Shown here: positions 1 to 7,274 of the stretch, one piece after another
Layout: the number at the start of each line of letters is the position of its first letter
Position numbering within the stretch: the first letter of the stretch is position 1
DNA from: Candidatus Woesebacteria bacterium RIFCSPLOWO2_01_FULL_39_61
Lineage (GTDB): Bacteria > Patescibacteriota > Microgenomatia > UBA8517
Reading direction: 5' to 3'
NCBI GenBank assembly: GCA_001793155.1
Contig: MGHI01000004.1
Location: forward strand, 1 to 39,330
Length of the DNA stretch: 39,330 nucleotides
Notes under the pieces: model-generated
Told to the model about the DNA's origin: nothing
Database searches by the model: none
The model's input: only the letters and a program-made list of their open reading frames with translations
Translations under genes and position numbers: made by a program

Positions 1-95
1 CAAATACTTCCTTATTTGTGCATCAGACGGAATCTGATTGAACTTATACATCTCCTCCATTTTATTGTAAATGTGCCAACAGGTTTAGATTACCC
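1..95 (-). mobile_element. Probable insertion-sequence end with the first codons of a transposase (IS1595-like), truncated by the window edge
   Basis: Minus-strand ORF from ATG at 51 (GGAGGAG just upstream) reads MYKFNQIPSDAQIRKYL off the edge. This resembles, from memory, N-termini of IS1595-like transposases in CPR genomes. Candidate terminus GGGTAATCTAAAC at 95-83. Only 17 codons are visible. Confidence 0.4.
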
Positions 96-108
96 TGAAA
101 AGTGATTA

Positions 109-136
109 TTGACTCAGGTGAAATTACTGATAGAAT
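109..136 (+). promoter_or_regulatory. Sigma70-type promoter for the leader peptide and transsulfuration operon
   Basis: TTGACT (109-114), 16-nt spacer, TGa-TAGAAT (extended -10, 131-136), 13 nt before the leader ATG. Confidence 0.6.
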
Positions 137-149
137 AATTTCAATCAAA

Positions 150-212
150 ATGAAATTTAATTTAACCACAACCTGTACCTTCCGCTTTGGGGAGGTATTT
201 TTGTGTCGTTAA
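150..212 (+). CDS. Cys/Thr-containing attenuator leader peptide (20 aa, MKFNLTTTCTFRFGEVFLCR)
   Basis: Translated by hand. Two TGT codons (174, 204) and four Thr codons. It overlaps attenuator segments 1 and 2 upstream of cysteine-forming enzymes. Confidence 0.7.
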   Translation: MKFNLTTTCTFRFGEVFLCR

Positions 213-261
213 AATAGTTTTTAAAAGTCACAGAGAAACCTCCTTAAAAAGGAGGTTTTTT
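176..261 (+). promoter_or_regulatory. Transcription attenuator with mutually exclusive 1:2, 2:3 and 3:4 stems
   Basis: TACCTTCC(176-183) pairs with GGGAGGTA(190-197). GGAGGT(191-196) can instead pair with ACCTCC(238-243), which is the 5' arm of the terminator. Confidence 0.75.
236..261 (+). terminator. Intrinsic terminator of the attenuator
   Basis: AAACCTCCTT-AAA-AAGGAGGTTT followed by further Ts. Confidence 0.85.
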
Positions 262-308
262 GTATACCTTAAACTTTCAAAAATAGCATACAATCCTGCA
301 AATTTCGC

Positions 309-378
309 AGCACGAGCCGTGTACGAATAAGCGAAGCTTAGCCGCGTTTGACGCGGTAGTACTGAAAAGGCGAGTGCT
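309..378 (+). other. GC-rich multi-stem structured element in the 5' UTR (unassigned)
   Basis: AGCAC-GA-GCC(309-318)/GGC-GA-GTGCT(369-378); GTAC(321-324)/GTAC(359-362); hairpins TAAGC-GAA-GCTTA(328-340) and GCCGCGT-TTG-ACGCGGT(341-357). Confidence 0.55.
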
Positions 379-397
379 AAGAAAAGGAGGATATTTT

Positions 398-1552
398 ATG
401 AAATATAACACTAAAATTATTCAGGAAGGAGAGAAACCGAACCTAAAAGAAGGGGCTTACGGAGACGTTTCAATCCCTATTCATCTTTCATCGACTTTTG
501 CCAGAAAAGAAGTTGAAACACCAACCGGAGGATATGAGTATTCACGGAGCGGCAATCCCACAAGATCAGCTCTCGAAAAAAAACTTGCCGCACTTGAGCT
601 GGCGGATTTCGGCTTGGCTTTTTCGTCCGGATTAGCAGCTACGACTACTCTTTTATTATCGCTGACCAAAAGCGGGGATCGTGTTTTAGCGTCAGATGAT
701 CTTTATGGCGGAACAAAGCGTTTGTTTAATAGGGTTTTTGATAAACAATACAGTGTCAAATTTAGCTATGTTGATACTTCAAATATTTCCGGTCTGGAAA
801 AAGCTATAAAATCTGATACAAAACTCATTTGGCTTGAAACTCCTACCAATCCGCTTTTAAAGATCTCTGATATTAAAGCTATTGCAAAAATCGCCAAAAA
901 AAATAACATTCTACTGGTAGTCGATAACACTTTTCTTTCTCCCTATTTTCAAAAGCCCCTCACACTCGGCGCCGACATAGTTCTTCACTCAACCACAAAA
1001 TACATAAACGGACACTGCGATTCCGTTGGTGGAGCAATAATGTTATCCGAAAGTAACGTGTTTGAAAAACTTAAATTTAATCAAAATGCCGTCGGAGCAA
1101 TCCTCTCGCCTTTTGACAGTTTTCTGACAATAAGGGGAATAAAAACACTAGCTCTCAGGATGGAGAGGCATCAGGAGAATGCGCTCAGGGTGGCAAACTT
1201 TCTATCAACACACCCCAAGGTGCTCAAAGTATATTACCCCGGATTACCAACCCACCCGGGATACGACATTGCTAAAAAACAGATGACAGGATTCGGCGGA
1301 ATGATATCGTTTGAAATAAGAGGGGGAATATCAACTGCAAAACGGTTCTTATCGAACTTAAAACTATTCGCTTTAGCCGAAAGTTTGGGTGGGGTAGAAT
1401 CGCTTATCGAACATCCCGCGAAAATGACCCACGCCTCTTTATCTAAACAAGAACGAGAAGCGGTTGGTATAACCGATGGACTTATCCGAGTATCGGTTGG
1501 TATAGAGGACGCCAGAGATTTAGTAAAAGATTTGAAACAAGCGTTGAAATAA
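398..1552 (+). CDS. Cystathionine gamma-lyase/gamma-synthase family PLP enzyme
   Basis: YSRSGNPT, FSSGLAA, ETPTNP, VDNTF, HSTTKYINGH (PLP lysine), SLGGVESL. Start moved from 374 to ATG 398, which follows AAGGAGG. Confidence 0.95.
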   Translation: MKYNTKIIQEGEKPNLKEGAYGDVSIPIHLSSTFARKEVETPTGGYEYSRSGNPTRSALEKKLAALELADFGLAFSSGLAATTTLLLSLTKSGDRVLASDDLYGGTKRLFNRVFDKQYSVKFSYVDTSNISGLEKAIKSDTKLIWLETPTNPLLKISDIKAIAKIAKKNNILLVVDNTFLSPYFQKPLTLGADIVLHSTTKYINGHCDSVGGAIMLSESNVFEKLKFNQNAVGAILSPFDSFLTIRGIKTLALRMERHQENALRVANFLSTHPKVLKVYYPGLPTHPGYDIAKKQMTGFGGMISFEIRGGISTAKRFLSNLKLFALAESLGGVESLIEHPAKMTHASLSKQEREAVGITDGLIRVSVGIEDARDLVKDLKQALK

Positions 1553-1556
1553 ACTT

Positions 1557-2912
1557 ATGTATTATAAATCAATTTTAGATGCTATCGGTAACACTCCCTT
1601 AGTCAAGATTAACCACCTTAATCTAAATCTTTCTGTTACGCTTCTTGCAAAACTGGAGTATTTGAACCCCGGTGGATCTGTAAAAGACAGAATCGGTCTT
1701 GCCATGATTGATAAAGCAGAAAAGGAAGGAAAACTAAAGTCGGGCGGAATAATTGTTGAACCAACATCCGGAAACACAGGGGTCGGCCTTGCCGTGGTGG
1801 CCGCTTTACGGGGGTATAAAACAATTTTTGTAATGCCCGACAAAATGAGCGATGAAAAAAGAAGCCTTCTTCGCGCATACGGGTCTAAAGTAGTAATTAC
1901 TCCGACGGCGGTACTGGCTGACGATGAAAGAAGTTATTATAAGGTTTCAGACAGGCTCTCTCACGAAATAAAAGGTGCGTACAAACCGGATCAATATCAC
2001 AATCCTGCCAATACAGAAGCACACTACACAGGAACAGGTCCTGAAATTTGGAAAGAAACTGATGGAAAAATTACTCACTTCGTCTGCGCAATGGGAACAG
2101 GAGGAACCATTACCGGGGTTGCAAAATTCTTGAAGGAAAAAAACAGGAATATAAAAATTATCGGAGTTGATCCGGTGGGATCCGTATTTCACGAATATAA
2201 AAAGAGGGGAAAGTTTCCAAAATTAATGAAAACGTATAAGGTTGAAGGAGTGGGTGAGGACTTTATCCCGGGAACCATTGATTTCAAATATATTGATGAG
2301 GTAATCCAAGTTAGTGACCGAGAAAGTTTCCTGACGGCAAGAAATCTTGCAAGAAAAGAGGGTCTCTTGGCCGGAGGATCCTCAGGAATGGCAATGTACG
2401 CTGCTAACCAAGTGTGCCAAAGATTAAAAAAGGGACTGGTTGTAGTACTTTTTCCCGATAGTGGAAAAAGTTATCTTTCAAAAATTTATAACGACGATTG
2501 GATGAGAGAAAACGGATTTTTAGAAAGTACCCAAGGAATAACAATATTAAATGTCCTGAAAAATAAAGTACGTTCCAAAATATTCAGCGTTAATCCCGAA
2601 GACAGCGTTAAAAGCACTATAAATATCATGAAAAAGTACGACATCTCTCAAATACTGGTAATCACGAGGGGAAAACTTTTGGGAAAGGTGAATGAAAAAG
2701 AACTTCTGGAAGGTCTTTATGCCGGACGAATAGGACCAACTAACAAAATAAGTGTAATACTGGACAAAAAGGTGCAAAGTGTAAGTGAAAATGAAACTAT
2801 AGATAGAGTTTCTGAACTGTTAACGCTCGATAACCTTGTAGTCGTTACCGACCACAGAAGTAAACCACTGGGCGTGGTAACGAGAATAGATTTGATAAAT
2901 TATTATTCCTAA
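1557..2912 (+). CDS. cbs: Cystathionine beta-synthase with C-terminal CBS-domain pair
   Basis: NPGGSVKDRIG (PLP lysine), EPTSGNTG, GTGGT, PDSGKSYLSKIYNDDWM typical of CBS, then about 120 aa of tandem CBS domains. Confidence 0.93.
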   Translation: MYYKSILDAIGNTPLVKINHLNLNLSVTLLAKLEYLNPGGSVKDRIGLAMIDKAEKEGKLKSGGIIVEPTSGNTGVGLAVVAALRGYKTIFVMPDKMSDEKRSLLRAYGSKVVITPTAVLADDERSYYKVSDRLSHEIKGAYKPDQYHNPANTEAHYTGTGPEIWKETDGKITHFVCAMGTGGTITGVAKFLKEKNRNIKIIGVDPVGSVFHEYKKRGKFPKLMKTYKVEGVGEDFIPGTIDFKYIDEVIQVSDRESFLTARNLARKEGLLAGGSSGMAMYAANQVCQRLKKGLVVVLFPDSGKSYLSKIYNDDWMRENGFLESTQGITILNVLKNKVRSKIFSVNPEDSVKSTINIMKKYDISQILVITRGKLLGKVNEKELLEGLYAGRIGPTNKISVILDKKVQSVSENETIDRVSELLTLDNLVVVTDHRSKPLGVVTRIDLINYYS

Positions 2913-2943
2913 TGCACCAAATTCGTAGTATCATACTAATATC

Positions 2944-4830
2944 ATGAGTGTCAAAGTTGACGATACCTTGGACAAATTAAGACATTCCACATCACACCTT
3001 CTGGCTGCGGCTATTCTTGATCTCTATCCCCGAGCCAAGCCTACATTAGGTCCGCCGATTGAGGATGGTTTCTATTATGATTTTGATAATCTGAAAATTT
3101 CGGACAGCGATCTACCTAAAATTGAAGAGAGAATGCATGACATAGTAAAAAGTTGGACAAAATTCGAAAAAAATCTGGTTACTTCAGAGGAGGCACGAAA
3201 ATTTTTCAAAGGAAACGAGTATAAAGTTGAGCTCATAAATGAGCACGCACAAGCTGGCGAGGAAATAACATTATATAAATCGGGGAATTTTATCGACCTC
3301 TGCCGCGGTGGACACATTACGAACCCCTCAAAGGAGTTAAAACATTTTAAACTTCTCTCTGTTGCCGGAGCGTACTGGCGTGGCAGCGAAAAAAACAAAA
3401 TGCTCACCCGTATCTACGGAACAGTCTTTTCTACCAAGGATGGGTTAGAAAAACATCTTAATAATCTCAAAGAAGCTGAAAAACGCGATCACAGGCTTTT
3501 AGGACGCGAGCTTGATTATTTCTCAATAAGTCCACTTACAGGCCCAGGACTTATCCTTTGGCATCCCAAATTAGCAACGATACGAAACATTGTCGAAGAG
3601 TACTGGAAAGGTCTACATTATAAACATGGTTATCAATTAGTCTATACGCCTCATATTGCCAGCATGGATATGTTCGTGATTTCTCGACACTATAACAAAT
3701 ATATCAACTCAATGTTTCCGGCAATGCTTCATCAATATATTGAAGGTGAAAGTAAACCCGACTATCAGGTAGATGAGCAGCTTAAGCCCATGAACTGCCC
3801 AAACCATATTCAGATTTACGAGTCGCATCCCAAAAGTTACAGAGAGCTTCCAATAAGAATGGGAGAACTTGGAACTGTGTATAGATATGAAAGAGCAGGC
3901 ACACTCCATGGAATGTCCAGAGTAAGAGGGTTTACTCAAGACGACTCCCATATATTTTGTCGACCAGATCAAGTTATTGATGAGGTTAGAGAAGTTATAA
4001 AACTAACTAAAAAAATGTACGAAGTTTTTGGTTTTACTGACTACCAAGCCTACATTTCAACAAGACCAGAAAAGTACTTGGGCTCATTAAAAATGTGGGG
4101 GATTGCCGAAGACTCTCTGAAAAAAGCCTTAGAGCTAGAAGGAGTTAAAAACTACAAAATTGATCAGGGGGCCGGAGTTTTCTATGGACCGAAAATTGAC
4201 TCGAAAGTTAAAGATTCTCTTGGACGGGAATGGCAGCTGGGTACTATACAATTCGACTTCAACATGCCGGATGCTGCCGAAACAACCGAAACGGAGATCG
4301 ATGAGTTTTGGGCAATGAAAACATTCCATGATAAATTTAAGACTCGAGAAGCACTTTCTAAATACCTTAAAAAACTAGGGCGGGGTTTTAATGTTCAATA
4401 CATTGATCAAAAAGGGCAGAAAAAACAAGCAGTAATGATACATAGGACTATTTTGGGATCAATGGAAAGATTTTTTGGAGTATTAATCGAGCATTACAAC
4501 GGAGCTTTCCCAACGTGGTTGACGCCTGTTCAGACTAAAGTTTTGCCGATTGCCGAAAGACATCTTGGATATGCAAATGAAGTCGTAAAGATATTAAAAA
4601 ATGAAGAAATTAGAGCAGAGCTAGATGATCGAAACGAAACTTTGCAAGCTAAAATTAGAGACGCGCAACTAGAAAAAGTTCCTTATATGCTCATCGTAGG
4701 AGATAAAGAGAAAAAAGCAGGAACTGTTGCGGTTAGATTAAGATCGGAAAAGGATCTAGGACAACTTTCCCTTGAAAAGTTTATTTCTGACGTTAAAGAG
4801 AAAATTGAATCAAAATCATTGGATTTGTAA
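2944..4830 (+). CDS. thrS: Threonine--tRNA ligase (no N-terminal TGS domain; about 37-aa insertion)
   Basis: RHSTSH and DLCRGGH editing motifs, KRDHR, KPMNCP, RVRGFTQDD, FYGPKID, HRTILGSMERF, C-terminal anticodon domain. Confidence 0.98.
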   Translation: MSVKVDDTLDKLRHSTSHLLAAAILDLYPRAKPTLGPPIEDGFYYDFDNLKISDSDLPKIEERMHDIVKSWTKFEKNLVTSEEARKFFKGNEYKVELINEHAQAGEEITLYKSGNFIDLCRGGHITNPSKELKHFKLLSVAGAYWRGSEKNKMLTRIYGTVFSTKDGLEKHLNNLKEAEKRDHRLLGRELDYFSISPLTGPGLILWHPKLATIRNIVEEYWKGLHYKHGYQLVYTPHIASMDMFVISRHYNKYINSMFPAMLHQYIEGESKPDYQVDEQLKPMNCPNHIQIYESHPKSYRELPIRMGELGTVYRYERAGTLHGMSRVRGFTQDDSHIFCRPDQVIDEVREVIKLTKKMYEVFGFTDYQAYISTRPEKYLGSLKMWGIAEDSLKKALELEGVKNYKIDQGAGVFYGPKIDSKVKDSLGREWQLGTIQFDFNMPDAAETTETEIDEFWAMKTFHDKFKTREALSKYLKKLGRGFNVQYIDQKGQKKQAVMIHRTILGSMERFFGVLIEHYNGAFPTWLTPVQTKVLPIAERHLGYANEVVKILKNEEIRAELDDRNETLQAKIRDAQLEKVPYMLIVGDKEKKAGTVAVRLRSEKDLGQLSLEKFISDVKEKIESKSLDL

Positions 4831-4879
4831 TTAGTTGTTGAGCACAAAGTACAAGCTGTGATACAATTCCTATCGTAAG

Positions 4880-5452
4880 TTGAAAACCAACAATCTTAAC
4901 TTTCGAGTAAATCATCAAATTAACGCACCCGAATTAAGAGTTATTGGTGCCAATGGTAAACAGCTTGGAGTCTTAAAACTCCGGCAGGCTTTAGATAAAG
5001 CAAACGAGGCAGGCCTTGACCTTGTCGAAATTGCCCCAAACGCCAAACCTCCCGTAGTAAAAATCGTGGAGCTTGGCAAGTTCAAATACGAACAAGAAAA
5101 GAGGCTGCAAAAACAAAAGCGGGCAACGAAAGCCTCAGAAATAAAAGAGGTACGATTTTCGCCATTCATCGCCGAGCACGATTTCCAAAACCGAATAGCT
5201 AAGATCAGGGATTTTCTTGCCGACAAGCAAAAGGTCAGAGTCGTAGTTAAATTTACGGGTAGGCAAATGGACAGTAGGAGTTTTGGTTACAAACTCATTG
5301 AAAGAGTGGTAGAAGTTTTCAAAGACACAATTGTCATCGACATGGAACCGAAATTTTTGGGGAGACACTTAATAACGGTCATTTCGCCGACTAATAAGGT
5401 AAAAAAAGAAAAACCCGATTTAAATCTAAAAAATGCCGAAACAAAAAACTAA
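4880..5452 (+). CDS. infC: Translation initiation factor IF-3
   Basis: VNHQINAPELRVI, LDLVEIAPNAKPPVVK, KFTGRQ; thrS-infC-rpmI-rplT synteny; non-ATG (TTG) start. Confidence 0.96.
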   Translation: MKTNNLNFRVNHQINAPELRVIGANGKQLGVLKLRQALDKANEAGLDLVEIAPNAKPPVVKIVELGKFKYEQEKRLQKQKRATKASEIKEVRFSPFIAEHDFQNRIAKIRDFLADKQKVRVVVKFTGRQMDSRSFGYKLIERVVEVFKDTIVIDMEPKFLGRHLITVISPTNKVKKEKPDLNLKNAETKN

Positions 5453-5627
5453 AAAATCTATTACCAGAAGGTTCAAAGTAACCAAAAAAGGCAAGCTATT
5501 AAGACGCCAAGGGTTTAGACGTCATCTTAATGTCAAAAAAAGATCTAAGACCAAAAGACGCCTGAGTAAAGTAATTTCAACAAAGAAAGTCTACGCCAAA
5601 AAAATTAAAAAGGTGTTAGGAAAGTAG
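5433..5627 (+). CDS. rpmI: 50S ribosomal protein L35
   Basis: MPKQKTKKSITRRFKVTKKGK; synteny. Confidence 0.95.
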   Translation: MPKQKTKKSITRRFKVTKKGKLLRRQGFRRHLNVKKRSKTKRRLSKVISTKKVYAKKIKKVLGK

Positions 5628-5706
5628 ATGGTAGATAGTAGTTAGCAGATAGGATTTTTATTCTTTTTTCAATCCTACATACTATTTCCTATCTACTATC
5701 TACTAT
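5624..5706. repeat. Heptamer-periodic inverted repeat (GTAGATA / TATCTAC arms)
   Basis: GTAGATG GTAGATA GTAGTTA GCAGATA GG ... CCTACATA CTATTTC CTATCTA CTATCTA CTA between rpmI and rplT. Confidence 0.85.
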
Positions 5707-5714
5707 AACCTAAA

Positions 5715-6053
5715 ATGACCAGAGTCAAATCAATTGCAGCAAGAAAACACAGGGAAATAAAGCTCAAAGCCCGCGGATTCAAAAACGCCCGAAGTAGGCG
5801 TGTTAAAACAGCCAAAGAGGCGTTGCTTCATGCCGGCCAGTATGCCTATGCGGGTAGAAAACTGAAGAAAAGAGATCTCCGTCGTCTTTGGATTACGCGC
5901 TTAAATGCCGCGGTACGGGAGCAGGGATTAAGCTACAGCGCTTTTATTTCGCTTCTCAAAAAGAAAAATGTCGAACTCGACAGAAAAATCCTCGCCGAGC
6001 TTGCAGTAGAAAAACCCGAGGTTTTAACCAAAATAATAACCGAAGTAAAATGA
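5715..6053 (+). CDS. rplT: 50S ribosomal protein L20
   Basis: MTRVK, YAYAGRKLKKRDLRRLWITRLNAA, LDRKILAELA. Confidence 0.98.
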   Translation: MTRVKSIAARKHREIKLKARGFKNARSRRVKTAKEALLHAGQYAYAGRKLKKRDLRRLWITRLNAAVREQGLSYSAFISLLKKKNVELDRKILAELAVEKPEVLTKIITEVK

Positions 6054-6094
6054 GTATATTCACATTCACCGGTTTTAGCTTTAGACTAATTTAA
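6050..6094 (+). CDS. Phe-rich pheST leader peptide (14 aa, MSIFTFTGFSFRLI)
   Basis: ATG overlaps the rplT TGA (ATGA). Four Phe codons in 14. Same position as E. coli pheM. Confidence 0.8.
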   Translation: MSIFTFTGFSFRLI

Positions 6095-6148
6095 CCGGTG
6101 GAGTGTGAGAGTCAGCAGTTAACAGCTCTCCACCGAGAGCTTTTTTTT
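6061..6148 (+). promoter_or_regulatory. pheST transcription attenuator
   Basis: CACATTCACCGGTT(6061-6074) pairs with AACCGGTGGAGTGTG(about 6093-6107). GGTGGAG(6097-6103) can instead pair with CTCCACC(6128-6134). Terminator AGCTCTC-CACC-GAGAGCT-T7 at 6124-6148. Confidence 0.85.
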
Positions 6149-6149
6149 G

Positions 6150-6188
6150 ATTTATCGCTTTCTTTTTCCTGAAGAAAGGTAGATAAAT
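6150..6188 (+). repeat. Degenerate CTTTCTT/AAGAAAG hairpin before pheS
   Basis: ATTTATC-G-CTTTCTT...AAGAAAG-GTA-GATAAAT, ending 6 nt before the ATG. Confidence 0.5.
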
Positions 6189-6194
6189 AAAATC

Positions 6195-7229
6195 ATGAGA
6201 GAGGAAATATTAAATCTGAAAAATGAAGCACTAGCTCAAATAATGGATGTGGTTTCTTTTGATGACTTGGAAAATCTGAAGATATCATACCTGGGGAGAA
6301 AAGGTAAAATTAATGACTTTATTAAAAAAATTGGCGAGCTACCTCAGACCGACAAAAAGGAAATCGGAAATCTTATCAATGATTCTAAGAAAGTAATTGA
6401 AGTTACCCTGGCTAAAAAGAAGGAAGGGCTGACCTCCTCGCTTTTAAGTAAAAAGGAGTGGTTCGACTTAACAATTCCTGGTAATAAGACTTCTGCCGGA
6501 CATTTTCACCCACAAACGACAGTTTTAAACGAAATTCTGGACATTTTTAAATATTTAGGTTATCAAATCGCCGACGGTCCTGAAATCGAAAAGGATTATT
6601 ACAATTTTGAGGTTCTTAACTTTCCTCCAGAACATCCCGCCCGTGATGCTCAGCAGACAATGTTTTTTGACGTTTCGAATACTTCCTTTAAAGAAGGTCA
6701 AGTAATCCCAAGAACTCATACTTCTGCCATGCAAGGCAGGGTAATGGAAGCTTCCAAGCCACCGCTTAGGGTTATAGTACCCGGAAGATGCTTCAGGTAT
6801 GAACAGGTTGATGCCTCCCACGGAGTCGAATTCTGGCAGGTTGAGGGGTTTGTTGTAGATAAAGCGGTTCATCTTACTGATCTTTTTGGAACAATCGAAT
6901 TTGTTTTAAAGAGCTTGTTCGGTCAAAGCGCCAAAATCAAATTTGCGACAACCTTTTTTCCGTTTGTTGAACCGGGCGTGGATGCATATTTAGAGTGTAC
7001 TGTTTGCGATGGTCGAGGTTGCACTTTTTGCAAACAAACCGGCTGGAGTGAAATCATGCCGGCAGGAATGATACACCCGAATGTTTTATCTAAATCCAAA
7101 ATCGATTCGAAAATTTGGAACGGATTTGCTTTTGCGATCGGATTATCAAGAGTGGTAAGTCTAAGATATCAAATCGATGATTTAAGGGTTTTACATACCC
7201 CGGATTTGCGAATTCTGAAACAGTTTTAG
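6195..7229 (+). CDS. pheS: Phenylalanine--tRNA ligase alpha subunit
   Basis: YNFEVLNFPPEHPARDAQ, RTHTS, PGRCFR, FFPFVEP, CxxC...CxxC insert, GMIHPNVL. Confidence 0.98.
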   Translation: MREEILNLKNEALAQIMDVVSFDDLENLKISYLGRKGKINDFIKKIGELPQTDKKEIGNLINDSKKVIEVTLAKKKEGLTSSLLSKKEWFDLTIPGNKTSAGHFHPQTTVLNEILDIFKYLGYQIADGPEIEKDYYNFEVLNFPPEHPARDAQQTMFFDVSNTSFKEGQVIPRTHTSAMQGRVMEASKPPLRVIVPGRCFRYEQVDASHGVEFWQVEGFVVDKAVHLTDLFGTIEFVLKSLFGQSAKIKFATTFFPFVEPGVDAYLECTVCDGRGCTFCKQTGWSEIMPAGMIHPNVLSKSKIDSKIWNGFAFAIGLSRVVSLRYQIDDLRVLHTPDLRILKQF

Positions 7230-7231
7230 GT

Positions 7232-7267
7232 TTTCTTTGCCGTTCTTTCTTTTCGAAAGAAAGAACG
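7232..7267 (+). repeat. TTTCTTT tract plus CTTTCTTT/AAAGAAAG hairpin before pheT
   Basis: TTTCTTTGC then CGTTCTTTCTTT-TCG-AAAGAAAGAACG (7241-7267), 7 nt before the ATG. Confidence 0.8.
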
Positions 7268-7274
7268 AGAATGT

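Noticed and set aside
309-378. Hammerhead ribozyme or SAM-I riboswitch
   Set aside because: CTGAAAAG does not fit CUGANGA, and the AUC...GAU P1 core of SAM-I is absent.
374-397. ORF-track GTG start for the CGL gene
   Set aside because: It lies in the structured element, and AAGGAGG points to ATG 398.
2913-2943. T-box elements before thrS, pheS or tyrS
   Set aside because: The spacers are too short or otherwise explained, and no T-box bulge sequence was seen.
5888-6049. 68-aa ORF overlapping rplT
   Set aside because: Only its last 14 codons, from ATG 6050, make sense as the Phe leader.
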